From assembly GCF_006345805.1 (NCBI RefSeq), contig NC_043006.1, forward strand, positions 50,220,001 to 50,284,000: 64,000 nt of DNA. Reading direction: 5' to 3'. Of this stretch, positions 26,463 through 40,125 are shown piece after piece. Source of the DNA: Octopus sinensis (taxonomy: Eukaryota). How positions within the stretch are numbered: the first letter of the stretch is position 1; every line of letters starts with the position of its first letter. The notes below the pieces were generated by a model that saw only the letters and a list, made by a program, of their open reading frames with translations, did not search any database and was not told the DNA's origin. The position numbers were made by a program, and so were the translations under genes.

Positions 26463-27560
26463 ATGGACAGGCAGACAGGAATGTCGTGTGTGCAGAAAAC
26501 GTAACCCAGCTAAGTAAAGATATCTGCTCGAAGTAATTCAAACATGTACTTTTTATAAAGGTACTTTCTGTAGTATTTCTGGAGTGCAGATTCCAAGTGC
26601 AGATTCCAACAGAATATAAATAAGTAACAAAGATATGCAGGTGTCAATTCATTACGGCCGTTTCGAGCGGCACTATTTAATTGATTAATGAAAACATTAC
26701 ATCAATTTGAAAGAAAGTTCCTTTGAAATTAATGTAATGTTTTCATTAATCAATTAAACGGATCCGCTTGAAACGGCTGTAATGAACTGATACCTGTTAC
26801 TGATATATAAATATATATATATATATATTATATATATATATATCGTAGGCTTTTTGCATCACGTTGATGACACAGCAACGAAAGTTTTCCAGTTTGGCAG
26901 TTCTCCCATTGGCTGAAACTATAGAGGTACTTCGGTTTAACTTTCTCAAAATGTTTTCTTGACAAATATATTCAGGTGCTTTGCCATTGCTTTCCAGAAC
27001 TCGATGGCCGTTGATCCACAAACAGATCACCCGTCCTTCGACAGGTCTTGTTTTTATGTCTTAATCGGTGTCCACATACCCTACCCACAAGAGTAGCAAG
27101 TTATTCAAGTGGGGAAAACAGTTCAGTCGCCGAGCCCTTGGCCATGGACAGGTAGTACTGTTTTACATGGTACCGGTAGTAGTTATCATCAGTTTGTGAT
27201 GAGATCCCTGACCTGACTGATATATATGTATGTATCTATGTATATATATATATTAGAAGAAATTCGGTACTCAGAAATTCGGATGGTTTTATATTTAAAG
27301 ATATTTATTTGTATATTACATGTTTTTATACATCATATATCATATATCATATGATATATAAATGTATATATATATATATATATTATATATATATATACAG
27401 TCAAATTTACTACAATTAAAGAATATGTAATGGCCAATCTATATACTTTGTCGTTTATGTATGTGTGTGTGTGTAGATAGTTAGATAGATAGATAGGTAG
27501 GTGGGCAGGTTGATCGATCGATAGATAGATAGATAGGCAGAGAGACAGAAAGATGCGCGA
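26261..27560 (+). repeat. Dispersed direct repeat pair (26261-26490 and 27408-27560)
   Basis: ATGTAATGGCCA.TCT.TATACTTTGTCGTTTATGT followed by (TG)n and TAGATAGTTAGATAGATAGATAGGTA occurs twice. Confidence 0.8.
26638..26796. mobile_element. Palindromic MITE, probably Tc1/mariner-derived
   Basis: CAGGTGTCAATTCATTACGGCCGTTTCGAGCGG / CCGCTTGAAACGGCTGTAATGAACTGATACCTG, plus inner arms TTTAATTGATTAATGAAAACATTACAT. CAG termini; TA flanks are imperfect. Confidence 0.75.
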
Positions 27561-27892
27561 GGAATGAGAAATTTCTGTGCCCAGGTGCGCACTTAGCTGT
27601 TTTGGTACCCAGGTTTGGTTCGACTCTAAACTGTGGCGAAGGTAAGCAATCCAAGAGATGAACTCTAATAGAAAAGTCTGAAATATACTGTTCATTGAGG
27701 TTATAGCGAACATTTCCACCAGCTTTTTTCTACCAGCATTTCCAAACCATTTAGCTGATCCTGCACAAGCTTTCTTCTACTGAAAACAAATCATCGATGT
27801 GGGCGGCCTAAATGCTATAATTTTGGCTGATAGACCCTCATACGTTGAAGCCGACAGGAGAATCGACTATGTATGTATGTATATATGTATAA

Positions 27893-27945
<53 letters not shown>

Positions 27946-28035
27946 TGACAATCCAATAATTTATTTATATTATAATATGGCATAATATACTATGAATATA
28001 ATATAATATAAAATAACATTAAAAAACCAAAAAAA

Positions 28036-28118
28036 AGCCAACTATTTGTTTCGACTTATGTACACCTTTTTAAATATATAAACAATTCAATTCACTTATA
28101 TATGTCTCATCAGAGCTA
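28036..28118 (-). ncRNA. Degenerate type I hammerhead motif
   Basis: AGCT-CTGATGA-GAC...GTC-GAAA-CAAATAG-T-T-GGCT. Confidence 0.5.
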
Positions 28119-30764
28119 AGGTTTAAAGACACGAAATTCCGTGTGAAAGGACGGCTGGATTCTAAAAAAAGTAATTCAAATGCATGTGTTACAAACGTGA
28201 GCGTTAACTTTTCAGCTACACAACAATTACAATTAAAAAACACCAAAATTATAACGCCAAAATAATTAAGTAGAATCTACAACTACCGAAATATATTTCT
28301 ATATATGTCAAATAATATTAATCCAAACTTGTTTAGGTCGAAGACAATCTTTCGCTATTATAGCAAAATACAACAACAATGTATAGGTATATAAATTACG
28401 TATCAGGATCTTGCTTAATCTAGAAACTGTAATAAAACGTGTAAAAAAAATATAAATGATAATTATATTGGTAAAATATAAGAGATCTTCTATTTATTTA
28501 GTTATTGATATAAATGTATATTGTTGTATCAAGGGAGAGTCATTACGCCAATACTAAAACGAAGCTACACACACGCACACACACATACACACACATATAT
28601 ATGTATATATGTGTATGTGTATACATACATCGAAATGTAAGTTTATTCACATACAGCGTTATCTCGTTTTATTGGTAATAACGAGGCAAGTTTTCTCGAA
28701 TATTCAGCATTTATATGTTCATAACTAAGAACAATTTCCTATTTCAACTACTTCCCTAAGCTATTTGTATTATATCTTATCTGCATAAATTTTTCTTTTT
28801 ATCTCATTTATCTGCATCGCTATAATTTTCGGTTACTGCCGCAATTCAAACCAAACAGTAAACATTCATAATATGCAACTCTAGTTTTACATATTTTACG
28901 CAGCAAATGTATTGATTTTCTTTTGGTGGGACTTTGCATACTAAGTTCATATTACAATCGACCGTGTTCTACCTCCAAATGATTATTTGTTAAGCCTATT
29001 TCGTCTAAAGTTCCAGGAAAAAGGTTTCAAATATTGGAAAGAAATAGAGGGTCTCGTCTTCCATTTCCTTGCCTGTTTTGACAACCAGCCTACGTATTAC
29101 TAAACAGTTGACTAAACCATGACATTCTTGTTGCAACGTTATCTCCTGAACGTCCGTGTAGTCGTCAATATTGCTATAATTATCTTAACTTTTAGTGAGT
29201 TGTATGAATCTCTGTTATATACATAATTTAATTACGTATTTTTGCATATATTGAGGAAAATATAACATTCGTTATTTGAACTACATGGAATGATTCCTAA
29301 TAATGCTGCATAGAGCTTGCTAAAATATCGTGGTCTATCGGAGTGAGCTTCAAGTTACAGTGGTTTTCTTTCAATGCACCATATATGTGTGAAAACTCGA
29401 AAATTTCCATAAAGTAACTTAAATCTTAGAAAAAACAGGGAGCCATGAACAAAGATGTCCTTAAATACTGGGGCCAGTTTGCACTTCCCATGATTAATAT
29501 CTGATCAGGGTCTAGTCCACAATCACACAATAGAAATTCTTCAATATTTGGTTGCAGAACATATATTTTGGTAGACCTTATCGTTGTAAATCGATGCGAT
29601 CGGTGGACATGGGATTTGTCCATTAAATCACGCTTTCTATTTTTTTATTGTCATTAAAACTTACACACCAGTAATGGCCGTAGAATGCTTCACAACTGCA
29701 GTCGGGAACTCATATGCATAAATGAGGGGCATTTAGTTAAAATATATAAAAAAAGTGACAGAAGAACGCAGTACTTCTAACCGGGCATATGCGACAAAAA
29801 CTCCTTAAATGTCACCTATTCGAAGGACCAGTAACATCATATGTAGCTAAAGTTTTATATTTGAATAATGTTGCTCTTGTATTTGAAAAAATATGGAATA
29901 AAACCAATTTTGTTTTAACATAAAAGTGTTCTTGGTACTAAAATGTCTGCCGTCAAATCGGTTTGTGCTAAAAAGAACAGTGAAAAAACAGCGTTGTCAA
30001 AACTTACACGACCCACCACAATCTACAGAAATGTGTCTTTTATGATCTAACAAAGGATCATTTACATGGTCACTCGACTTACTACAGAAAACAACCAAAT
30101 CTTTCTGGAATTATAGTGAACTGTCAAAAACAGTAAATAATTTAGTCCTACATACACAACTGGAACTCATGATAATAGCTGGATATCAGAATTGATAGCG
30201 AGTTAAACGTCCACAGTAGGCACACAGAAAGGGTCTGGTTAGTTGAGAAAGTGCACTATTTTCAGTTGTATGCCAGAATTTACAATATGGCACAGAGGCG
30301 GGCAAAGACTAGGAAAAAATGATCCGTAGGTTCAGTATAGTCATTCGGCCATCTACGGGCGTGCCATAGAATCGATCGGTTAGAGCTGATCTTATAACGT
30401 ACAATGAGAAAACATTAGCATCACCAGGAAATACAACTAACTCCAACATCAACATCGCCAGCGTTTGGTACTGCGGATACAAATTGCAATGTAATTCTAT
30501 ATCACGTTTGTTTTCGTTTATTCTGGATATATTTGACTTTCTTTTTAATGTCTAAGTATATTTGTTTTAGTTTTGTCCATTATAGATCTTTTGTTTGAGA
30601 ATAGTGAGGAGTGGTGAAAATAAATATAAAAGGGTCAGAATAAAAGATTATACGAATAATCTATGTGATAAAAAAAAAAAGAGATGGATACAATTTTCAG
30701 AATATATGATAGAGAAATTAACTCTAATATTACATATAAGTTGCGTATACAATGTCCATATACA

Positions 30765-30798
<34 letters not shown>

Positions 30799-30811
30799 CA
30801 CACACAAGCAC

Positions 30812-30846
<35 letters not shown>

Positions 30847-31235
30847 TGTATGTATGTATGTATGTATGTATGTATGTATGCAAAGACACGCAATTATGTA
30901 TATATATTTGTGTGTGTGTGTGTGTTTGCATGTGAATAAAAGTCTTATACGAAATCCATTTCCTACTATTAATTAATACTGTTTGTATATGTATATATAT
31001 ATGTATGTATATATATATGTATATATATATATGTATATATATATATATACTAAGCAATAAAGGGTTTAGCAACGAATTGCCTTACCACATACCGAATTTA
31101 GAAATAGCAGTCAAAAGGTTATAGCTATTTCTTCTACTAAAAAGGGAGATCTCAGTAAAAACAGCAATTGGAAGGCAGACACAAACAGGTAAGAGAGAAT
31201 GAATTGACGGTAATCTATCATACAATTTTAAGTTA

Positions 31236-31335
31236 TCTACGGACGTACGTTTCGAAATCAAGTTTTTAGGAAAGCATAAGAATTAAATATTAAATAATTC
31301 TATCTCACCAAAACTTCTTTTCTCTTCAGCGTAGA
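31236..31335 (-). ncRNA. Type I hammerhead ribozyme motif with complete canonical core
   Basis: TCTACG-CTGAAGA-GAAA..(long stem II)..TTTC-GAAA-CGTACG-TC-CGTAGA: 6-bp stem I, palindromic stem III, GUC cleavage triplet; predicted cut between 31242 and 31241. Confidence 0.8.
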
Positions 31336-31584
31336 ATACTATAATCATAAATGATTATATATTGAATTTTGAGATACTAGAAGGCACCAACTCAACTCAG
31401 TATCAGAGCGAGCTAGAATCCGCAACTAGTATCACCAAATTCAATGCGTGAATGAAAAGATTGTGTCACCAGCCCCTTCCCACCCGCGTGTAGCCAAAAC
31501 AAAATGCTGTGGTCATCTACTGAGTTGGTGTAATTGATAATTATTCCAAATTAATTAATTTCACCCTTCATTATTACGGATAAC

Positions 31585-31625
<41 letters not shown>

Positions 31626-31634
31626 GTGTGTGTT

Positions 31635-31688
<54 letters not shown>

Positions 31689-32489
31689 CGTATGTATATA
31701 GTGATAGAGGTACGTATCTTCTATATTATTTCTTAAAATTACATGTTTATTTTGGAATTCCAGTAACGCATGCGAAATGATTTGCATAAAGCTTTTTATA
31801 TTGTCCCCAGCCGGAGCGAAGTGTTCATGACCGGAGTAAAGTTTATGCGGATGCACCAACACAAGTAACCCCTCATTTGAATTTCCGCTTGACAAATATT
31901 CGATTTTCGAACATCTTTACAATTTCATTTGGCGTTTATATGTGATATAGGCCATTCAACAAGTTTACTTCTGCAAAATTTTATACTCACATATGCTTTT
32001 AATAAGTACGCTATTGTCACTTTTTATCCCAGTGATGTAAGGTTTCTTGTGTTGTCATGACTATATACTGCAGTTCCCTTAATTTGTGCATCTCAACCAG
32101 AGGCCACTTTGATGCGGTGACTGACTTTACTTTTTAGTGTAGTTACCACTCTGATCTTTTCTTGAGATTTTGTAATTAACCATTTTGATTGTTGTAAATC
32201 AGTGACCGATGGTCGCTTTGCAGATAATATATTGTGAGTTGAAGCGGACTCTAGCTATAGCTCTGTCGGATTGGTGCTTGCGACTGAGGATGGGCCAAAC
32301 AGCTTGAAACTGAATCATTCTCACGATTCTGTTACCTGCTACAAGTGGTTGGGGATCGCTCCCCAGCTAACAATATTTTTTGTGTATAAAGGGTGCAAAG
32401 TTGCACCGATAGCCAGCTGTCAGAAAATCAGCCTGGGGTTATCCTAGTAGTAACCTTGAACAGCCACTTCGATATGGTGACTGACTTTT

Positions 32490-32590
<101 letters not shown>

Positions 32591-32689
32591 TTATATATAT
32601 ATATATATGTGAATATATATATATATATAACTTGTACACACATATACAAACATAGAATTGTCAGCATGCTGCTATCTATCTATATGATA

Positions 32690-32896
32690 TTAGGCTGGCA
32701 ACTAAGTTCCCGCCATTTTTTAAAATTTAAATTTTTTAAAAGTTTTTATAAAAAATAACAACTAATTAATCAATAATGTATCTACCCTTGTTGTTTACAA
32801 CTTCTTCCCAACGTTCAATAATAAGATTTTCAATACCTCGTTGGTAGAAATCACCCGATTTCGACTCGAAAAATTGATCCAACCAAGCTCTCAATT
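32690..32896 (-). mobile_element. Mariner 3' end with TIR
   Basis: LRAWLDQFFESKSGDFYQRGIENL.IERWEEVVNNKGRYIID*, then TIR AAAAAATGGCGGGAACTTAGTTGCCAGCCTAA-TA. Confidence 0.88.
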
Positions 32897-32984
32897 ATGC
32901 AAAAGGACAAAATAAACGTTCGTATATGTAAATATTCCTATGTTATATGTATATATATGTGTATTTATATTAATATCTGTGTAT

Positions 32985-33042
32985 ATTCCACTGATGAGGC
33001 AAAGCATTTCTTATGCAGAGTCAGAAATCCGGGATCTGAAAT
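32985..33042 (+). ncRNA. Type I hammerhead motif, slightly degenerate
   Basis: ATTCCA-CTGATGA-GGCAAAGCAT-TTCTT-ATGCAGAGTC-A-GAAA-TCCGGGA-TC-TGAAAT. Confidence 0.6.
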
Positions 33043-33405
33043 TATCCAGTAATTTTTTTGCTAGTTTATTTTGTCCTCTTGTCTTCTCTCTTGGTGCTGT
33101 ATGAACATTTAATGTGGTTTTAGAGTGAAGTTTTGGCTGCTATTTCCAGCTTGGTAGTATATCTTAGATACCCTAAATTATAATTTTAATAATTATTACC
33201 TTTGAAGGTTTTTATTCCCATGCTGGCCACTTGATAAGATCGATATTTAAATTAATGATCTTATCCTTATTCATATAAATTTATACATATATATATATAT
33301 ATGTATATATGTATATATGCATATATGTATATATGTATGTATATATGTAGAAACACACGCACACACACATATGTATATACGTATATATGCATGTATGTAT
33401 GTATG

Positions 33406-33446
<41 letters not shown>

Positions 33447-33449
33447 GAA

Positions 33450-33602
33450 TCTGTTCTAACATCGTTTGATTTTCACCTTTTATTATTTACAATTTTTACA
33501 ATTTTACAATAGTATAATAATAGAATAGATATTTAGTGTGATAAAACCAGTACTTTCATGCATTTTGCAATCATCAGGTTTAAGTAGTCGTAACGTCACT
33601 AT

Positions 33603-33639
<37 letters not shown>

Positions 33640-33658
33640 GCTGCTGCTGCTTCTACTG

Positions 33659-33713
<55 letters not shown>

Positions 33714-33811
33714 ATTAACCTATTCTACTACTATACTATTGTAAAATTGTAAAATTGTAAAAATTGTAAGAAATTAAATGTGAAGATCAGACAATGTTGG
33801 AATTTTACAGA
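33450..33811. repeat. Foldback (~80-bp arms) enclosing a minimal hammerhead motif and (ACT)n
   Basis: TTACAATTTTTACAATTTTACAATAGTATAATAATAGAATAG vs CTATTCTACTACTATACTATTGTAAAATTGTAAAATTGTAAAAATTGTAA. Minus-strand motif at 33544-33581: AAAC-CTGATGA-TTGCA-AAA-TGCAT-GAAA-GTAC-T-G-GTTT. Confidence 0.75.
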
Positions 33812-34189
33812 CTAATAAGTTGGAATTTCACTGATCAATATATTCTTCTATAGGCAATCATATAAATTCGGATATACATACGCACACGCACACACACACA
33901 TATATATATCTATACACACATACATATACTAATCAATATAGTGTACTAAAATGAAAATCAACTAATTTCAAGCGAAAAATACTGGCTGAAAAGCGGGAGG
34001 ATTTTACTAGTAAATATGTTATATGAAATTATATGGAAATAATTTAGTATATTCAACATTTGTTCTAATATTGGTGCTGTCAATATGCAATTGGTGTAGA
34101 CACACACACCACTCACACACGCGTTCGTACAGAGACACACACTTGTACGCATAGAACAGACTTAGCTGAAAGTGGTGATATTATTTTTC

Positions 34190-34940
34190 ATCGTAATGGT
34201 GAGTATGTTTGCTTTAATAATTGTGTTGCCCGCAGAATGTGCTCATGGATCCTCAGAATTTTCCAATCTAGGGATCATGAAACCATCATCCTTCTCTTCT
34301 CCATATTCGCTAGGCCCCCACCTCGAATATTACTGCCCATTGTGGTTCTCCTACAAAAAAAAACAAAAAACAAAAAACAAACAAGACATAATGAGGACCG
34401 AAGCGCCACAAAAATCTATCACAAAAAATAAATGGCATGATGGGACTTGATTATTGGACTTCGACTTAAACAGCTGAAGCTCTATTCTCTGCAACGCCGC
34501 AGTGAGCGATACATTATTCGTACCATGTGGAAAATATTCCACCAATATTATCCAAATGATATGGGTATTATGTTACAATTCAGCCAAGACTAGGCCCCCG
34601 TGCAATGCGTCCCCTACAAAGGTCGAGATCATGTCACATAAGAACATTGCGACACAATTTCTTCACTGCAAATGATCCTGCACTTTTCAATGTTATCCCA
34701 AAAGAAATTAATTTAGAAAAAGACCCCACAACATTCAAACGGTACCTGGACAAATTCCTCCAGGAAATACCTGATAAACCACCTACACCTGGATACGACT
34801 CAACCAACAACAACTCTCTGCTTGAGTGGTCCATGGTGCCCCGACATAATTAACTAAAAGATTTTTCCAGGTGGTGCTATTGAGTTAGTCATGGCCTGGG
34901 CCAATAATGGCCGAAACCAAACTAAGTTATCTAAGTTATA
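34190..34940 (+). mobile_element. CR1-group LINE 3' end
   Basis: RMCSWILRIFQSRD, RPHLEYYCPLW, RLKQLKLYSLQRRSERY, ALFNVIPKEI...FKRYLDKFLQEIPDKPPTPGY...NSLLEW*; tail (CTAAGTTAT)2. Confidence 0.85.
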
Positions 34941-37266
34941 CATATTTATACAATATCAAAACAATATTTCTTCTTTAATATACATATATTTCCTTCTTAC
35001 GCTTGATGATAATCAAATCTACCTTCAGTTGCAGAAATAATATTGAAGCAATGACTAAAATTTAAATACGGAATGTATACCTTCAAATGTGTAATGAAAA
35101 AGTTCGTTATACATGAAGTTGTACATTTTCAGAAATACGGAGAAGGCTCTTGGTTTCAGCATTAATATTTGTCGATGTAGTAAAACAACTGTTTTCCACT
35201 TTCTTCCTTCGATAAATTTTTTTCTACTTTCTGCACTTATTCTCTTTTCTTCTCTTATCTTTATTCTTTTATCCTTTCTATTTCTCTTTGCGACGAATTT
35301 TTGCTTGCACACAGCTCTCTTTCTATTCATCTTCTTCCCAGCACTTCTTGCGATGCACCTAATTATATTAACACACTGTCTTAAACTCGTTCCTTTTTAT
35401 ATTCATTTAGTTTTTGCAAGAAAGACAGTGATTTTTTTCTGTGAGGGATATCACTAGTTATGGCAGCTGCTGTCTCGCTCGAACTTTTCCGATCTTTTTT
35501 GCGTTATTTTTCTACCTCATACAAGTCATCAATCTTTTTTTTTTTTTGTGGCTCATTTTCTTCCATTATGTTGTTTCATTAATCATTCCCTTGTAAAATT
35601 TTGCACATATATACATCTTATACATACAGTCACATAAATTAGGATTCACCCACAAATATAACTACACACTCGCTCTTTCTCCATTTCTTTCTCTTACACA
35701 CATACACACCCGCATGCATATATACATACCTGAATACACTTATAATCATATATTTGTGATATCACTTCACAAATTCATACGCATGTAAAATGATTTGAAT
35801 TTACATACATTTGAATCTGCGAGGTATTTGTTGGTTTCGATGAAACCTGTTTAGCTGATGTCATACAAACTGTTTACACTTACTTTCAGTTTTAACGATA
35901 TAACAATCCTCTGGTACTGAAAAGGGAACTCAAATTCAGAAAGATTAAAAATACTAACTCGTGCTAGTCTTTACTTTTTCTATTCAGCCTTATTGTTTCA
36001 TTAAACAATTTATTTGAAGAACTTCATATATACATCTTCATCTAATATCCAGTTACTTTGCAAATGCAATATAATGTTACCTACCATTCTGTGCAGTGTA
36101 ATATCGTCATTCCGATTCATTCCTATTATAATTCATTCACTTTCACTCACACCTCTATCGTTTGTTACGCCAGACAACGTATTTATCACTTTATCCTCTA
36201 ACGCACTTTCATTTTAATTCTCCTACTATCACTCATACACACACTCTCCATCTCTCTCTCATTCCATCTCTGTCTGTATGTATGTATGTATATATGTCTC
36301 TCTTTTTCTCTCTATGCTTGTCGTTTGCCATTCTAAGCAATTTAGAATTTTTATTTTTAATGATAATTTGCTGGTACTGGAAAGAAAAAGAACAGATTAG
36401 GAAAAATATAAAATATTTAATCATAACTTCTCTGTTATCAGAAGTAATATTAACTTTTTATTTGCTTATTTCTTTACCAGTAGTTTATATTATGGAAGAA
36501 CGTAATTGTAGTCAAGAATTATATTTAAGTTTCTGTCTCTACATCAAGTTGTTTTATAGCACTCACTCCTCATTCAACCCATCTTTTAACTTTTTCTTTC
36601 TTTCTCTCTATCTCTCTCTCTTTCTCTCTCCACACATTTTTCCTCCGGCCATGTTTAATTCTCTCTTCTCATAGCAGATGAAGCAACCAAGCGGCCAAAC
36701 ACAGAGAAAATAATTATATTTTTATTTCATTGTTATTCCATTTGTATTTTCGACAACTTAATTGCTTTCAATTTGTTTAAACATTGACAAAATTAAAGCA
36801 AATCTACAAAAACTCGATAACCAGCATCTGCATTTCCGCTCAGTCTCTGACATCTTCTAATGACATGTAATAATTTTCGAGTGTAATTTATTGACTTACA
36901 GGTGTTGATATACCGATCGTCTCTCACTAGTCATGCCAGTTGCTTGCTATGATTTTATTTCATAATGTCAATACCTTATTGCCATCGTGTGGAATAGTTG
37001 TATATATGTAAGAAGTGAAATATGCGTGTTTGTATGTGCTTATCTGTTTTTGTGCATGAGTGAGCAAGTGTAATTTTATGTTTGTGAGTGTGCATATGAT
37101 TGCGCGTGCGTGCCTGTGATTTTGTGTACTGATGTGTGTCTTTGTGTGTTAGAGTATATGCGAATGTTAGAGTTTATGCGAATGCCTTTCTGCGCACCTC
37201 TCAGTATCTGTGCAAATTTGTCCACCATGCTCCTTCTATCTTTTATTTTGCAACTTATTTGTATGT

Positions 37267-37655
37267 GTGGAGGCGCAATGGCCCAGTGGTTAGGGCAGCG
37301 GACTCGCGGTCATAGGATCGCGGTTTCGATTCCCAGACTGGGCGTTGTGAGTGTTTATTGAGCGAAAACACCTAAAGCTCCACGAGGCTCCGGCAGGGAT
37401 GGTGTTGATCCCTGCTGTACTCTTTCACCACAACTTTCTCTCACTCTTACTTCCTGTTTCTGTTGTACCTGTATTTCAAAGGGCCGGCCTTGTCACTCTC
37501 TGTGTCACGCTGAATATCCCCGAGAACTACGTTAAGGGCACACGTGTCTGTGGAGTGCTCAGCCACTTACACATTAATTTCACGAGCAGGCTGTTCCGTT
37601 GAGTCGGATCAACCGGAACCCTCGTCTCGTAACCGACGGAGTGCTTCCCAAACGA
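37267..37655 (+). mobile_element. SINE group C (tRNA-Arg-like head), body type 1, with 11-bp TSD
   Basis: GTGGAGGCGCAATGGCCCAGTGG...GGTTTCGATTCCC; TSD TATTTGTATGT at 37256-37266 and 37656-37666. Confidence 0.9.
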
Positions 37656-38011
37656 TATTTGTATGTATATCAGTTTTTGCCCTTTCCCTTTTGTCTGTTA
37701 GTATCCACCTCTGCTATCTGGTCCATCTGTGTATTTACTTTTGTTGTGTGTACGTGTACCTGTGCGAGAGTTTTTAAGTATAATTGTTGTTTGGAGTTTG
37801 CTGTCATTTAAATTCAACTGTCAAGTGTTAACAATTAGTGTTTGTTTAATTTGGAGAATTTCCGTTCGTGTTAGGTTAGATTTTTTTCGTTCGACTTCTG
37901 CATTGAGTTTCGTTAAAAAGTATTGTGTTTTTGAGATTTTCAATAAAATTTACATGCATTTACATGCATTTGTGTCTGATTTTTTTTGAGAATTTTTTTA
38001 TACGTAAACGT

Positions 38012-38066
<55 letters not shown>

Positions 38067-38531
38067 TGCAAGCATGTATGTGTGTACAGAAGGGAAAAAA
38101 TGGCGGAGGGGAAAGAAGAGCGATAAAAAGTGTACACACGCACGTGAGAGAGATAAACAGACAGTCAGACAGACAGGGCGTGTGTGTTTGCGTTAACGAA
38201 GTAATTGTCGTTTAAGAAACTACTCAATGTTTTGCAATCGTGTGGGAGAATTTGCCAGCCAAACCAAATCCACCACCACCACCGCTCTGCAGTGTGGGGA
38301 TAATGACATAATATTTAATTCTGAAATGTCACGCGAGAATGTAATTTTCTGTTCTTGTTACTTTTTCCGTTTGTTTTTTTCTCTTGTCAAGTTCACATAT
38401 TTACCACCACCAACAACAGCAGCATTGATCCCAAATAGGCAACGTGAGGGTCACTAGGTGGTCACTCGACCATCTGAAAATAGCTGTTACATTTTCATCA
38501 TATTCTACATTTTAATTAAAAAAAAGGATAA

Positions 38532-38692
38532 TGGCTGTGTGGTAAGTAGCTTGCTTACCAACCACATGGTTCCAGGTTCAGTCCCACTGTGTGGCAACTT
38601 GGACAAGTGTCTTCTACTATAGCGTCGGGCCAACCAAAGCCTTGTGACTGGATTTGGTAGACGGAAACTGAAAGAAGCCAGTCGTATATGTG

Positions 38693-38727
<35 letters not shown>

Positions 38728-38915
38728 GTATGTCCTCCCAACATCGCTTGACAACCGATGCTGGTGTGTTCACGTCCCCGTAACAGTGGTTCGGCAAAAA
38801 GACACCGATAGAATAAGTACTGGGCTTACAAAGAATAAGTCCTGGAGTCGATTTGCTCGACTAAAGGCAGTGCTCCAGCATGGCCGCAGTCAAATGACTG
38901 AAACAAGTAAAAGAG
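38532..38915 (+). mobile_element. SINE group A
   Basis: Matches 9615-10022. Confidence 0.9.
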
Positions 38916-39677
38916 TAATAATCTATTGGATAATATAGTTCTAAACAACAGAGTTTTTAGAACGGAGAATAAACTGTGCCTCATAGTATTTGTACTGGCA
39001 CTCTATACCCTTAGTTCAAATCATACCGAAAGGTAGTTTGTTTTATGTTTCTGGTCACTGGCTTAGGAGAAATGTTAGATTGCTGAAAAAGAGAATTTAT
39101 ATTTGTTTCGGCTTTTTGTGTTCTGTGTTCTTGGGTGATAGACTAAATGCGTCACATAGTTTCATACTATTACCAACACCCTGGATACTTTTGGTGAAGT
39201 TCCTTTTATCTTACCAGCTTTGAACGCCATAAAGACTTTAAATCGTGCGTGATACCACCTCCTCCATGACTAAGAGGTAAAATAAATGCTTAAAGACATA
39301 AACGTTTTTAGATTAGTCGAAGCTGGAATTCCTTTGGTACCGAGATGAATTTGATTAGAGATTAATACGGTTAAACAACAACAACAACAACAATACTAGT
39401 AGCAATAAAAACAATGACAACAAAAATAATTGTTTCTAATTTAGGCACTAGCCTAGTTTTTGAGCAATTTTAAGTGTTTGTAAGTTCATGCAATTTACTC
39501 TAGTACTTGATTGGTACTTTAAATAATAAAATACCAAAGGATGAAAAGCAAAACTGACCTCGGTGAAATTTGCCATCAGAATGTTAAAAACCAGAATGAA
39601 TACTGCAAGATTTGTTATTCTGATGCTCTACCGACTCTGTTGGCTTGATGCTTTAAATAACAACAACAACAATAACA

Positions 39678-40125
39678 GTGGAGGCGCAATGGCCCAATGG
39701 TAAGGGCAGCGGACTCGCGGTCGTAAGAGCGCGGTTTCGATTCCCAGACCAGGCATTGTGAGTGTTTATTGAGCAAAAACACGAGGCTCCGGCGAGGAGG
39801 GGTGGTGAACCCCGCTGTACTCTTTCACCACAACTTTCTCTCACTCTTTCTTCCTACCTCTGCCACAAAGCAGAGGAACCATGGTGTAACTCTAGTTTAG
39901 ATTGCGAATCCTCTGAACCCCAGGATGGTTCAGCTCTCGACCTGTTAAAAGCTACCGTTTACGGAATGAGGATAACAACGTAGCTTTCGCGCCCGTGCAA
40001 CCGTCAGTCTATCGCGTGTGGTGGGTGGATCTTGAAGTTGCCACACGCATTCTTAGTAGCTTAGAGTAGGCTCGAATTAGAGATTATTCTTTGTGGCTAA
40101 TGGCGTGAGTCCTGATTGAAAGAAG
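39678..40125 (+). mobile_element. SINE group C head (39678-39855) with a structured, unassigned body
   Basis: Head near-identical to 37267; diverges after CTCTTTCTTCCT; flanked by (CAA)n on both sides. The 3' boundary is uncertain. Confidence 0.7.

Noticed and set aside
35055-35330. Lys/Arg-rich minus ORF
   Set aside because: Low-complexity purine tract; no domain recognised.
37267-37340. SINE heads (groups A, B, C) as tRNA genes
   Set aside because: A/B boxes are present but there is no complete cloverleaf, and they are followed by SINE bodies and TSDs.
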